64,000 nucleotides of DNA from Ascidiella aspersa (lineage: Eukaryota), in the NCBI GenBank assembly GCA_963924565.1, contig OZ004607.1, positions 25,606,001-25,670,000 on the forward strand. Direction: 5' to 3'. Shown piece after piece: positions 1 to 15,000 of the stretch. Below the pieces are notes generated by a model. It was not told the DNA's origin. It saw only the letters and a list, made by a program, of their open reading frames with translations, and searched no databases. The translations under genes and the position numbers were made by a program. How positions within the stretch are numbered: the first letter of the stretch is position 1; each line of letters opens with the position of its first letter.

Positions 1-247
1 CAATCTTGGTGTATACCAGTAATAATTGTCTGCGAACTACTGGGTTACAGTGTAACAGAAAGAGGACACACCGCTTGAAACAGCTATAACGTTAAAAAGA
101 GGTATTGTCATGGTTAGCTCTCTTGGCCGCTTTCTTGAAACAATATAAACAATATAAAGTTTCAGTGTGCTAACTAAAACAGTTATGTATGTAGTGTGGC
201 TGGTGTTGCCAGTATAAGTAATATGTGTATACTCTGCAAATGCTCAC

Positions 248-3040
248 CGAAATCTATGACGCGACGGCATTTTTCAAACCCAGGCCAGCTTTTGATGATT
301 TCACAGGCTGGATCGGAGTTTCGAACGCAGGCTTTAGCTGCCGAAAGCTTGGTGCAACTTGACTAAAACAGTGTATTTTGTATGTTTAGGGTTATAATAA
401 GCATGTCAATCAACATGTGTTATTAATTTTAAATTAATTTCCACATTATCCAGTCCATCAACAGGGTTGTATCACGCGTTAGTGTTTCCGTGGCCTCGAC
501 ATTTAGGGGCTGGCGTCGTTTTAAAGATTCGCATTCAAGCTAAAGTGAATTGAATACAATTATCTCAAAATGCATTGTCTTTTTCACTAAAAACTTTATG
601 GGCCTTAGGATAAAGTTTAGGAGACACATTTATTTAAATCAGGGGTTCTTGATCGGGGTGCGTGGACAAGTATTGGAGGGTCAATGAAGCACCAATTGAA
701 ATCTTGATAATTGAAAAATGTAATAATTGAAAAGAAAATAGTTCAATTCAAAAAAAAAAGCTTTGGCTCCTTCTTAAATGTACTACGACTTCATTTAAGT
801 TTTTAGACTTTCATTTTAAGATTTTAACTGAAAACAGCAGTTTGTTTTATAATTTATGCCTTTTTTGCTATAATTACATGCTGATTGTAGTCTACGCAAA
901 CTAAAAAATTAAAAAAAAAAACAGATCTAAATGCTGATAACAACACTCATTTTTAAATCATAAAGTAAGAATATTAAACCACTTTTTTATTGTCAGTGTA
1001 TTAAAACAATAAATAAAATTACAGGCTTTACCGAAGGAACTGTCCAGTTGAAACCAAACTCAGTTACATCGTGAACAACTTGGTGGTTGGTCAACATCAT
1101 GTCGTTACTTCGAGATTTGTCGCAGTTCCCTGAAAATAATTTTAAAAATATGTTTAACTGTATGAGATAAAAAGTTCAATGGAATGTTTGTTGATGAAAT
1201 AAATCTTTATGAGCCCAAAACTCGAGAACTTTCATTTTTAAGCATTCTTGCCATACCTTGACCAAATATGTGATAAAACTTCACTACTATTCAAAATTTG
1301 TGAATATTCAAAGACTCACCGCACATTCCCTCTATCCTGCTGTCCCATGCGTGAGCAGAGAGCGAAACGGTTAAGGAATGCTCGGCAGGAGTGAACTTAA
1401 CCTCAAGGCCAATTGTGGAAGCGGCGAACACGAATCTTCGTCCACCCACTACCTTTAGGTTGACTTCAGATGAAGCCACGCCTTCGCCGTAAGGGAAACG
1501 CAGCTGGATTCCTTTGTATGTCGCCTAAACAAAACAACATACTTTGGTTAATTCCATTAACGGGACAAATACGAATTGCTTTATAATGACATTATTACTT
1601 TATTCAAATTTGTATGTTGCTGAGTTTGTCATATAGGATGCAACCAAATATATTATTTTGTTTAATCGGCAATTTTTAAATCTAAATATAGCTGAGGGTT
1701 AATATATTTAACGTTTTACCTATAGTTGAGATTTATATATAGGCCTACTTGTAAAGCTATACAACTTTTCCCGCGAAAAATAGTAAGGATGTCAGATAAC
1801 TATTATAAATAGTCCAATGATGTCATGACTTACGCAATTGCTTGAATAAGTGCACTTAAGTCACTATTTTCCTAAACGAATTGACTCGACATAAAACATT
1901 CAGGCAGAATGGCTTGACTGTCATTTTAACCATTAATTTTACTTTAGACTTAAATTTATCTGCGTTCTTAATTGTAACTTGTCACCCTAGTACCTTGCTA
2001 ATTCATTTTTTTAGTGGTTTACTACGCAGAAAATAATTGCTCAGAATCAAATAAATTTGTCAGCAAAGTTTTCAAATTGGTTTTGTTAACTTGACTTGAA
2101 ATAAGCCTTATACTGGTACTCAGTACAACTTACTGGGTTTTAAAATGACTATAGACAGCAAGCGTGTTCTGTTGACAAATTGGCCTTACCTTTATTTGAC
2201 GAAAACATGCTCAACCGACCTCTTCACAGAAACCCAAGCAAATCTATATTCTATTGTAAGCTATACGTTTCGCTACATGTACGATATAAATATACTTGAA
2301 AACAAAAACAAACAGTGTTTACCGTAAGATCACTGTTCAACTCGTATCGTCGATTTCCCAAAACAACTGTAACTCCGACAACGCAGGACGTGGCCTCTGG
2401 GAAGCGGGGGTCGCATTCTCCGCTGGTTTGGATCACCTCGAACGCCGAGTCTGGGTTGACCAGCGGTGAGGATCGAGCCACGATGTTCTGACATCCGGGA
2501 CTACTCGGGTAGGAATAGTAGAGGCCGTCGAACGTGTGGTAACCGGGGTCGCCAGCCACGTTGCAATAACCTGAAAAAATATAAGTTTGGTTGACCGAGT
2601 GTAAGGATTTAGGGCAGATTTAACAAGGCTTTTTTCGTTCACAAACAAAGTATTGCCGATCTTATTATTCATCTTGCTTGCACAAATGTATTGCCAACCG
2701 AACAACAAATGTTTACCTAAACTTTGCCAAAGTTTGGATCACAACCCCTATGGTTTGACTGTAAATTCCATTAAACGTACATTGAATCTCTTTTGTAATT
2801 CTTGTGGTGTTTACATACGACAATTCCCTTATCCGATCACTCACATTGACATTCCCACTGACAGTTGCACTTGTTGTCGTAGTATAACACCGGGGTCATT
2901 CCGTTTTCGCAAGAGGGCCGGTGAGTGTGGTCGCACAGGAGTCGCTTGTTATGCAACGCCATCGTCCCGTCCTCGGTACAGATCAGATAAGAGCAACGGT
3001 CGTTGGTGTCGGGAAATACCATTTCGCCCTCTTCGTATTG
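248..3040 (-). CDS. D4 assembly (D4N-VWD-start of C8)
   Basis: 2845-3040 ([26 protein letters not shown], resembling the VWF D4N cysteine pattern), 2323-2570 ([14 protein letters not shown]), 1320-1524, 1032-1129 (GMCGNCD) and 248-362. Confidence 0.85.
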
Positions 3041-6000
3041 CTATACATCATAAAGCAATAATACATAATATGTAAAGTATTTTGATTGGAACAGTTTGGG
3101 CACACTGTTTACAAAAAATCGGGCAAGACTTTGTGGGGAAATATTACTACCCGGCACGGCCTTTGACTTACTTTTATTTATCTTGGAACGGTATTTTAAT
3201 CATAAAATTGTAAATAAGCTTACTGTTTAACTTAAACACAAAATTCTCACAACTTTGCAAAAATATGAAAAAATAAGTCAAACAATTGTTAGGTTAATTA
3301 ATTTCTGCAGTGTTTTAAACATGTCATTTTGAAATGCCTAAGTTCCTGTAAAGTAATTTGTTACATAGCCTAAGTCCTTTTAAAAAATATTTTTTTTTAA
3401 ATCTCAGTCCAAGTCATCAGATGCCCAAGTCAAGAAGTTATTTCTGCAGCAAGTCAACCCCAAGATTTTTACACTACACAAGCCAAGTTTACCGCAACGA
3501 CTAAAGTCAAGTTCAGTCATTTTAAAAGAGTGACTTGGTTGCACTTCGAGTCATTGTCTTAAGTCATTACAATACTAAATTTCTGTTTGCGGTTATTCAC
3601 AAAAATTACCTCAGTTTTGGAAGTTTGTTGATCGTAATACATACAAACAACTGCTGCGGTTGTGCCTGGCGTTGGTGTAGTTGTCGGTGCAGGTGTGGTC
3701 ACGGCACCTAGATTAAACACGATAGGAATTATTTGTAAATATAAAATAAAATGTTACACAGAATCCTGCCATTTTGTTTCGTTTGGAATTATCAAAGGTC
3801 TAAATAAATCTTGAAATCACGCTCGCACCTGGCGTACTGACTGTAACAGGGGGCGACACGGTTTCTTTAGTTGTTCCAGTTGTTGTCGTTTCGTTTTCCC
3901 TGAGCGTCGGTGATGTTTCAATGCGTGGTGTCGTCGCAATTGTGGTCGGTGGAAGTCCTGCTTGCGTTGTAGGCTGTACAACTGAGGCAATACGAAGAAA
4001 TAAACAATCGACCGCTTTAAACATTGCAGTGAAACTTTGTATGGACTTTTCTTTATCTTAACAACTCTTCTACATTGCTGTAAATATTGTTTTTATGGAA
4101 AAGCATCTTGGTAGCCTATTGCAAAGTTGTAAAAAATTCGCGATTAGCAAAAATAACACATTGTTTAGTATAGGTTAAAGAGTTATAGATTATAAACATT
4201 TAGGAAAAATCACTATTACCTGCAACAATCTTCAGATCTAACACCTTAAACAGTTTTAATTCACGCCCGAACCATTTGAACAGACTTACTTCGCCCGTAA
4301 TGGACGCACAGCGAAGTCTTGACCACTTGCTTGGCAAGTTGTACGGGCGTTTCGTGGGGCGTGACGTTCAACTTTTTCTCGCTGGTGCTGGGTGACGTGA
4401 GCCGTTTCAGCAGGTTGGTTCGACTGTCCTTCGTACCGAATGCGAGAAAACTGAAGCCCTGTTGCTGAAGGACATTGACCGTGCCTTGAACAGCCCCGTT
4501 CGTGTTGCGCCCGACGATGGAGACGACAATCTGAAGGTATACGATGGTATTTAGAAGGGTCTGGGAGGACTTAGTCATAAAGTTTCTTGCTTTTGCTAAA
4601 TTTTAGAAACAAATGTGATTTCTACAACGGATTAAAGTTGTTGACAATATTTTAAATAAAACAAACGTTACTTGAGTTTTTACATTTTATTTTAAAGACG
4701 AAAACTTTACTTGGTTGAATAATGACAATTTAATTTTAAAAAGAAGTTTATTGTAAGAACGACCTGCTTACAACCAAGGAAATTTCACACAATTATTGTA
4801 AAGGCGTATTAGCCAATATTACCCTGACCACTGTATTCACCTTCTTCACTTTTTGGTGACGTGAATTTACACTTCTCGTTTTCCTCGACAGTTGCTGGTA
4901 CACTTTGTCCAGGGCCGTCGCCACGTCACTAATGCCACCGCCAGCGTTGAAACGTATTTCGTATATGTCGTCCATTATTTCGGTGAAGTTACTCGTCAAT
5001 CCCTTGCCATTGATCTTTAGAAGGTAACGGTAATGTTTTTAGATTTCGGGAATCCTGTCTTAAGTCGCTTGATATGGTTGAAATCTCAGTACAGTAAGAC
5101 CCCAAACAGGTTAAAAAATTAAGGCGTACCAAGAAGCACGTTTCGGTTTGTACTTATATTGTGATGAAATATTATTTTATGTGCCACACGCGACAGATAT
5201 CGTGCAGTGTTAATAGAATCTCTTTCAAGTAAAGTTCTATGTACAGTGTCGGTTCAAAAAAATATTCTTCAAACCAACGAACAATATACATACTCGCTAT
5301 TGGCTAAGCTAAACAAATAGAATATTTATGAATAAGAAGCCAGCTTGCCCACGTTATTTCAATTACCTGTGCACCGTCGGAGTTGAATGCCACCACAGCC
5401 ACTCTAGAAGCGTCCGGTCCTAGCCTGATGTTCTTTACAACGGCCGACATGAAGTTATCGAAATAACGGGCATCGGTGGGTAAAATTGACGCGTCCACGA
5501 CGAAGATGAGATCCATCGGACTCAAACACTTGTACACTGGTTCTGCACACAGGATTAGAAAATCACAACATTGCAAATCTAACCTAAAAATATCAAATAT
5601 ACCCAGCCGTCCTAAAGTTTGAAATTTATGTATGTAATGAATATCATGTAGCACCTTTTTTTGGTTGAAAGTATGGTTGTTCATTACGTTTGAAGGTCGA
5701 AATTTTTTATTCGTGCGGATTATACCGGATAACATTTGTATGCCAAAAACCCTGTTTGACCATCAGCCGATATAAAGTTCTTCCGACAAACATTAAGCAT
5801 ATACTGGAAAATATTGTCACTGATCGGTAACGGCGAGGATTTTCTCGGTTCGGCTAAACATTACTTACTTGAAGAAGGAATCACTGTAGGTGGACAAGAA
5901 ATGGCTGTGCAACATTCCACGCTAACGTTGTAGTCGTAACAGTTGGATCCTTCAGCGGCCGACACGTCCACGTGATAACACTGCGGGTAGTGGTTTAAGT

Positions 6001-9000
6001 CGCAAAGAACGTTGGATTGCATCTTGCCTTGGTTGCTCTGTATAACACACTTTCGTAAGCTTGGCGTAGTGATTTAATTTTTAGCTTTCATCTAGTACAT
6101 GATTTCCTGTTGGAGATGAATACAAAAGGATACTTTAATTAGGAAAATACACGAATTAATGAAAGACAGAGTATGTATATCGATACTTGCAAAAAAACAA
6201 AAACAAACAAAAAATGGATAAAAGCTTTTCCCTAATAAAACGTTAAGTTGGTTCCTTTTAGCAAGATATTTCAATTTTTAGAACTTCTAGTTGAAATTCA
6301 AAGTTTTATCTTAATGACTGTATAATTTTGCCACAAATGGTAAAAAAGTTGTTATGATTTTATGCGTTTGTGCAGACTTTAATTTCTTATTGGTAGTGTT
6401 CTTTAAAGAAATACAAACAAAACTTACATGACATGTGAGATTGTGACCTTGGTAACCTGGTCTGCAAATACCACTGAAGTTGCTCTCATAGGACGCCCAG
6501 CGTTCGAAGTCACCCAAGTTCGACAAAGTTGGAACGTGATTACTGGTAGGCGCTGCGTATCAAAGATTTAGTTTATCAGAAATCCGCATTGCGCATTGAT
6601 CGATTTTTTTATTTTAAGCTATATTTACACTTTAAATATGCACTTTAAAGCGTAATAGAAGCGTTAAGCGACGTAGTAAAACAGTTTTTTTTTCTTACTT
6701 GTCCAGTAGCACTCGCATGGTCGTGTAGTTGCAATTCCAGTCGTAAACGTTGTGATCGGTATCGAAACAGCTAAACGACACATATGCTTGTTTTAAAAGG
6801 TGAACAAATACAAATTGCTAGACAGAAAGTGGCACGGGAGTTTTATCGTAGTAATGCAATTTAAGTTCGCCGAGAACACCACCAAGACACAAATATTCTT
6901 CGGAAAAGCAAAATATTTACATGCAAGCAACGAATGTAAACGGCGTAGAACAGTGGTTCCAAACCTTTAATGGCTAACGGCACCCCTCAAAAAAAAATAG
7001 ATTTTCAGAACCCCCACTGGAATTTTCGTTGAGCATTTTACTGAAATGTCACTACAAATGGAACTGGAACAACACAATCAACTTTAAACATGTGGGAAAA
7101 TGTCATTTGATATAAATCGCACTAGTTGTATAAAAAAGTTTAGTAATTAAGCAAAAATCGGATTCCTAAAATACCTATCGGCACCCTTGAGCATTAGAAA
7201 TAGCACACCAGGGAGCCGTGCCACCCAGGTTGAGAACCAGTGGCGTAGAGAACATCAAAACAATGTATTTAGAATTTTAACGGCGCAAATCATGTCTGAC
7301 TCTACACAACAGCATTTTCAATGGTATACTGTTTCACATTTAACTATACAAACACTTTAGTCCTCTCATTACACTTCACTCATTGCACATCACGCAGGCT
7401 AAAGCTCGCACGCACTCGAATACTCAGGTGGCACGCAAACTTGGTGGCTGACCGCCGCCGTGTGGTTCTGGAAGTCAAGAAGCTCGTAGTTCTCCACGTA
7501 AGTAATTGAGCCAAACGACTTGAAAGGCTCCAGGGTTACGGGGGTGGCTGCCTGCAAACCGACCGTCACCAGGTAGACTGGCTCCGGGTGGGTTTGGGCC
7601 AAATCGTCAAAGCGACGAAGAGGTTGGTCCAGAGAGTCCTGTGCGAGTGAACAAGTTGATAAATGATGGTCTTACATCTGTATTTGTTGCGCTCTAAACT
7701 GGGTTATCTTCGAGAAATTTTTCTATTTAGCAAAATTATTTTTCTTTTACCCCATATTATAAGAAATTGTAAAGCTTGCATTAACATAAAAACAAAATAG
7801 GGTAAACTTGTAAGTTTTAAGCAATTAAAATTAATCAATGAAAAAATGACGTGGTGTCAACACGGACGAGATAACCAGATACAACGTCATCAGTTAATCC
7901 GCGTAAATCGCTTATTTATGAGGAGTCCTGAGACTTGGCAAACCAAAGAATACTCATTACTCAATGCAGAAACTCTTACCCGCGATCGAGCATCGGTTAT
8001 GAGCAGCACAACCCAAGGGACATTGGGCCTTGCTCCACGGTCGCTTCTCAGCACCTCGTCCATAGCCACGCTTAAGGCACGTCCGGTGTTGGTCAGCCCG
8101 CTGCGGTCGCGCAGTTTCTCGGTGGCGGCGAGGACGCCTTGTAGCGTTTGGTTTTGTGCGAGGCCGAGAAGAATTTGTGCGTTGGTGGCGTAACTTACGA
8201 TGGACACCTGTTTGAGAGGATAGTGGTTTGAAGCGAATGGGGTTTCGTCATTTACGTGTTCCGTGAACCTGTTTTGACATTTAGTCATTTCTGTAGCGAA
8301 TTTTTTCTTTTTGATCAAGGTAAAGAATATCATTTTTTTTTATCAAGGTTAGAATATCAAGTTTTACATTTATGATTCTACTTGGAGAATTAATAGAGGA
8401 TACCTTATTAAACAACATAAGTCTTTGGATAATAGAGCAGTCTGGTTGGTCATCATGCCATATTCAATAGTTCGACTATCCAGATACCTTATGCATGGTG
8501 GTATTAAATAGCAATAAAACGCATTTGCTTGACAGCTTTATATGTACATTGTAAGACATTACAATTGACTTTGTTAAACTAATTTTGGCGATAAAAAACA
8601 ATATCGTTTGTTGTACAGTATACGTTTCACAGGCTTGTCATAATTTTCAATGCTTTGTTTAAAAATACGTTTCTCTAGTTACCCGCGTGTCGTTTGGTCC
8701 GATGGTCAACGTGGAAAGCACAATGTCCAAGAAGTTTTGTATCTTTTTAAGTCTATACGGCCCAACTGCAGAAGAATCGACCAGTATCACCAAATCATGA
8801 GAGTAAGAACATTTAGGAATTGGACCTGCGAACATAGTTATTGACAGCCCTTTAAAACACTTAACAATTCCAAACAACACAGATAATCCTAAGGTATGCA
8901 ATACACTGTTCTACAAAATTGCTTGCAAAATAAGTAATGTACAGTTACAAATCGAAACTTCTAAGTCAGATATTAGAATACTTAATGCATTACTACAGAT

Positions 9001-12000
9001 TGTAAAGCTCTACAATAACGCATTTCAAAGATTTAACTTAACTTGTCGGTTTAAAACAAAGGTGATGCTACGAACCAGGTGTTTGAATTTCGAGCGGATG
9101 AGAGCAAAGATGCTTGAAAGCGTATTCGACCGGTCTTGGATGAGAAGTGTCGTTAATGAGGTCTGACGAGTTTGCGTAGTAAGCAACATAAAGCCCAGGA
9201 ACCGACGATCGTATTTGGTCGACTGGCGTTTTCATGAGTGCAATTACAGTCAACAGGCCAGGAACGTCGTTAAGATGTTCTTCAAGGCGCCGTAGCGGGG
9301 CTGTAAGATCCTTTACGTAAAAGTGCACAAGCGTAGACAAGGTTTATATATTTCGAACAAACGCTCCAACTCCCATTCGGCGAAACTTATCAACACTTCG
9401 CAGGTCGTACATCTTTCTAACGTAAATTTTTTGCTTTAATAATTTTGTACCTTATCAGTAGGGCGAATACTTTTAGACTTGTCAAAAAAAGTCAAAATTT
9501 TGTCAAAATTTACACGTTAGGTCAAATTTTGTCAATATTTTTGTAAGTCAAAATCGGACAAAAATGCACATAAATCGCGTACAAAATTAAAAAAAAAACT
9601 AAAGTCAGCTTTTTGAAATTGGTCGTTCGGTTATTTTGAAATTTATCTTTCATTTTATCAAAAAAAAAATAGTTTCGATATAAGTTCAAAGTCATTTTAA
9701 CCGTATTATATCTTTATTAGAGCAATATACAGTATACAAAACGCGTGATTAACGACGCCTAGGTTATTTAAATCAATGTATTTCTAACAGGTCAAAATTA
9801 TGTCAAAATACATTTTTTTCAGGTCAAAATTTCCTATTTTTTTGGTCAAAAAATATTCGCCCTACTTATCAGTGTATAACATGGCTTGACGGAAGTTTGA
9901 AATGGATGTATTTTGTATTTGTCAACTGACGACGCGTTACCTCATTGGCCGAGCTGGTGATCATAAGCACGGACCACGGCTCGCCATTCGGCCTCGGCGT
10001 GAGAACGTCTGTCACCAGCTTGTTGACAGCGACTTTGGTGTCGGTGCGATCCGTCAAGGATGGAATGATGCTGTCGATCTTCGTCAGAATCGTGTCCAGA
10101 TCGGGGGAGTCCCCAATGTTAATTAACATTTCTGGGGTATCCGCATACGTCATAAAGGCAATCTAAAATCATATGGGGTTAAAAAATAGCCACTGAATAT
10201 TAACAACCAAACGAAATATAGAAAACGCTGACTTGAAATCAGGGCTGCGGAGTCGGATTAGGGGCTCGAGTAGGACTATGTAAATCTTCTCGATCCCGAC
10301 GTGCGCATGGGCATTACTAAGTTTCGAAACATTAAAAGCCGCAAACTGTAAATTGTAAAGAATGGCAAAATGGTTGAATATTTTCCAACCATGTATTTAT
10401 AAGTGAGTGGGTTCTATTGCACCCCTGATTTGTGGATTTCTGAATATCTCCTGTACAGCTCCGTTAATATTTTCCTGAATAGCTACGTAAATTGGTAAAA
10501 TACAGGCTAAAGAGTCAGAGCTGGACTCGGGACTCGACGAAATTAAACGTTTGGCCGGAGTCGGACCCGGGTTATTTTTCGGAGCCCTGCTTGAAATATA
10601 CTTCTCTACAGTAATACTTTTCATGAAAATATGCCTAGAGATAAATGTGAAAATCTTACCTGTGTTTTATTTTTTCCGAATTCGAAACGCTTCAACAACA
10701 CTTTTAAATATTTTTTTATGTCTGCCAATTGATTCAAATCACAATCGGATATGTCCAGAGCGATGGCAATATTGGGATATTCTTTACAACTTGGTGGTAC
10801 TGTGGTGGCTTCTACAGTCGTTGGACCAGTTGGTGTAACAGTTGTTGGACCAGTTGGGCCAATAGTTGTTGGGCCAGTTGGACCAGTAGTTGTTGGACCA
10901 GTTGGCCCAGTAGTTGTTGGACCAGTTGGGCCAATAGTTGTTGGACCAGTTGGCCCAGTAGTTGTTGGACCAGTGGGCCCAGTAGTTATTGGACCAGTTG
11001 GTGTTGTGGGTGTTGGACCAGTTGGAGTTGTGTAAGCTGAAAAGGTTTTGTGAAATTACTTTAGATCAAAATAGTACATGCGCACAAGAACAACATTTTT
11101 AATGAATTTATTGTTTTGAAACACCTTAAAAAAGAAATAGAACGTAATAACCTTCCGTTGTCGTTGCGTTGTAATCCCGACAAATCTCATACTGAACGCG
11201 TTCAATAAGATGTGGCAAGTCGTTGACGGAGTTAAATGAAAGAGCTCCTGTGTTGTTTGTCCATGTGGTTAACTTATTGAAGTAAGGGATAACCGACGGA
11301 CCAGGGCCCACAGTAATCAAACGAACCCGTTCTTCTCGCAACTCATCAACCTCTTTCAAAGCATCGGCTTTTGTGTCTTTCGGCAGATGGTCAAGCATCA
11401 TTATCTGCACAGTTTATTAAACCTTATTAGTAGTTAGAATCTTTCTTTTAACGAAAGAGAATCAGCATGGACTAGGTAACAAATATCTTAGGATTTGTTG
11501 TTCAGACCCAGAAGCGGAAAGTAAAATGTACAAACCAGAATCTTGTCTGCGTCTCTCCGGACACCCTCGCCCAGCAGCAAATGGTGTACACTGTAATCAA
11601 TTGCAGGCACCAGGTTGCTGATACCGCGCAATCTCGCAAGGCCTTCAGGCGAAATCAACTGGTCCTCTATGGCCTTGAAGGCCGTCTTTTTCTCATAGGA
11701 GTTTCGAAGGTTAATGATGAGCTGCGGAACAGGGCCGATTTCGACAACTGCGAACCGTGTGTTGAGATCCTGCGTGAAACAATTAATATAATTGTTTTGT
11801 AGTAAATGGTAATTACCTTTTAGTTCAAAACTCGCATTTTTATATAATCACGCACTTCACCAGTGGTGCGATTTCACTGTTTACTATGTCACAGGACAAA
11901 GAACATTACCAAAAATTAGAAAACTCACGTCCAGATTTGTTCGCCGAATTACATCTTTAATAAAAGAACGAGTCAGAGCCAGGCCGTATTCGGTCATAAG

Positions 12001-15000
12001 AAGATGCCTGTCGACGAGAAAGACAATGTCCTGTCTTCTGGTGCAGACCCACGGCGAAACAGTAGGTCCAGTGGTCGTGGTAGGCTGTTCAGGCGGAACC
12101 GGAACCGTAATTTTGCACAAGTTCTGCCACATGAAGCTTACCACGCGCATTGTAAACAAAGGGATAAAGCGGGACCTGCAGATAAGAAAGCCATCTTAAT
12201 TAGACAACGCTCAGCGTCGTTTTAAATCGAACTGGAATACAATAATAATAGCTTGAACCCATGTATTTACCCAAATGAAAACCAAAGCACAATGGTGTAT
12301 TTTACAGCAGCTGTAGTATTTCTAACAATGTTTAGTTATCTACATCACCGATAATAATTTTAGGACAATATCGCTATACACTACCTAAAAAATCCGTTTG
12401 CAGAAAATTAAAATATAATTCGTTTAAGGACTGGATTTAATAACGGCCAAAATTACTAAAGAAAAAGGTGTATAAAATTTCTTGCTTGCCAGTTGCCATT
12501 TACGTTCCCTGTTTCTTAACAACCCACTATGTTGAGGAAAGAAAGCCATCTCGTTTGGTTAGATTAAAAACCTAATCATGAACTTTGTTTACATCCCACC
12601 TGTACGCATTGATGTATCCGTAGGTGTAGAAATTAATAAGGTGATACCACGGTACAGAAACTGCGTCTTCGGTTATTACTGACATCACGATGATATTATC
12701 GGCCAGCAAGGATTTCAGTTTTGCAACAGACAGAACGTCACGAGGGTATCTTTCCATCATGTTAACGATGACGCGTTTTATGGCTGTGCCGTTCTGGGAT
12801 CGGCCGAGAGTTCTAAACAGCTTTTCAGCGGCCTCGGTTCCGGATCTCATTGACAGAAGCCCTGTGGAAGGCGATACCTGCAAGTTGTCTTTCGTCATAG
12901 TCAAGAACTGCTGTTTGGATGTGGCGAATCCGGATGTAACGGGAATGATCTGCTTGCCAACGCGAAGTACGGCGGCGTGCACGAACTTGTTGCCGAACAC
13001 GACGTTGTTGGCGAAGATGTCAAAGAAGCGACGAACGGCGAGGCTCGTAACTTGATGCGCGGTCAGTTCGTCGTCGACCAGGAAGACCACGTCGATTTCG
13101 CAGGGCATATTCGGCGCCGGCGTGGTGCTGCTGACCAGCGCCGCTGTTGTTGTGACGTTCTCGTAGAAGCATATCAGCTCAAGGGCTTCATACTCGAGGT
13201 TGGTGAGGTCGCGCATGTAACGCACCGGGATTGTTCCGTACTGCATCGTCGACAGCTGCGCGGGGTTGGGGATGTGCAGGTCGCCGATCAGGTACGTTAT
13301 CACGGCGATGTTGCGTGCGGCGGCGGCGCGGATAGCGGGCAGCAAGTCATCGTAGTTGCGCCGGCCCATCATCAGAAACACCATGCGATGCGCCTGGTAG
13401 TCGATGTGCCTCGGTGAACCGTTGATGACGTCGTTGAGCACGTACATGAGCGCCTTACCTACATTGGCCGGGGCCGTGCGCCCTGAGTGATGAATGTCCT
13501 CCATCGCTTTCATGATTTCCGGCGCCGTGTAGTAGCGGCCCAAGCCGAAGTCAAGTTCGGGCGATTCGCCGTAGCTGACCACGGCGAACCTTGACCTTGC
13601 GTCGTGGCCTTGGTTGGAAAGCAGATGAACCATGTCCTGCATAAACGTAATCAGTCTGCGTCCGTCCGACTCTGGGTGCAGAAGAAGCGAGTCGTAAAGA
13701 AAAACACCATCCACTGTGACGCAGATCGGTGGGGGGATTGTGGGGAGTGGCGTGGGCGTCTCCTCTTCTCGTTTCGCACAGAACGCGCTGGCGAGATCGT
13801 AGGCGGTGTACGGCAAATACCGAGCCGGGCTGACTGGGAACTGTCGATAGTGAAATTCTCTGATTGCGTGCGACTCGAGGAAATTCGTGTTGACTGCGAT
13901 CGCGTGAAAGTGAAGCTTCAAATCCATCATTTTGTCCCAGGTGCTCTGCTTTATCACGTCTGTTACGTGACGGTTCACGATTAAAATCATCTCCCGCCTG
14001 ACGTCCTCCCGCCCGGGTTTGCTGTAATTAAACATGTCGAGAGCGTCACTTATCAGAGGTTCGATCGTCAGACTTGGCAAGGGTGGCAAACTAGGCTTGA
14101 AGCGCTTGACAGCGAACTGCAACGTGGTTTGTATAATTGGTCGATTCAAATACAGTATGTTCTTTGGTTGGAGGCCAGACACGATCAAACCTGCCTGAGT
14201 GACGCCGTTTTTGTAGTTAATCAGGGTGTCCATGACGTTGAAGTATTTTTCCAGGTACTTCAGAAGCGTGCGATTAGCAATCAAGGCCTCGTCGACAATA
14301 AAAACAACGTCAAGTAAGGGATTGCAAGCAGGCGGGGTGATGGCTGTGGTAACAGTGGGTGGCGGGATGCGGTCGCGACAGACGCGGTCCACAATGCTCT
14401 TCTCCACGGCGTCGATTTCGTTATGCGTGCCGTTGTTTATTACTAAGGGCGAGTTGTTCCCGGGTAAAGTGGTCAGCGCGTTCACCACAGCCGAGTCGTG
14501 GGCAATCGAAATGAGCTCGATGTCGTTCTTGGTGAGCTGCCGAACGGCGCGCTTGAGAGCCCTTCCCGACTCGGGCGCTCTGTCCATGATGTTGATCACT
14601 GACTTGCGGTAATTAGCGTAGCGGCGGTGACCGGTCACAAACATGGAGCGTCGGACGAAGTTAAGCGCTTGCGCAAGGTACAACGGGCCGCTTGCATCGC
14701 CGTGGAAACTGAGCCATATCAATGCCTCCTCAACCATCATGGCGCGCTTGTAATCTTCCAGTCCAAAAGACACGGTAGGTGATTTGTCGCCGCCGTACAA
14801 CACAGCAGCCACTCGCACCCGACTTCCCACATCAAAGTTGTGGATAATGTTGATGATCATTTCCCGCACAGCCGGCGCCTTGGTAAGCAACAGCTGGCGG
14901 TCCACCAGGAAAACAATGTCTCCGATCAGGTAATCGCAAGGCACGTAGGGCGGCACCACGGGCGCTTTGGCGCAAACGGCCTCCACCACCTTGTGGCCGG

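Noticed and set aside
1-83. Possible next C8 exon of D4
   Set aside because: The required phase-1 frame hits a stop and lacks the expected C8 cysteines. The next exon is probably outside the window.
3400-3575. caagtca/ttaagtca-rich segments (similar at ~1845-2100 and ~18170-18280)
   Set aside because: Probably decayed copies of one repeat family, but I could not define ends or TSDs.
10729-11040. + strand ORFs with SCWTSW and VVGPVGP repeats
   Set aside because: Antisense readings of the GPTGPTTT repeat exon.
12690-14612. Several 60-146-aa + strand ORFs (similar ones at 39632-42801)
   Set aside because: Shadows of the GC-rich giant minus-strand exons, with no independent motifs.
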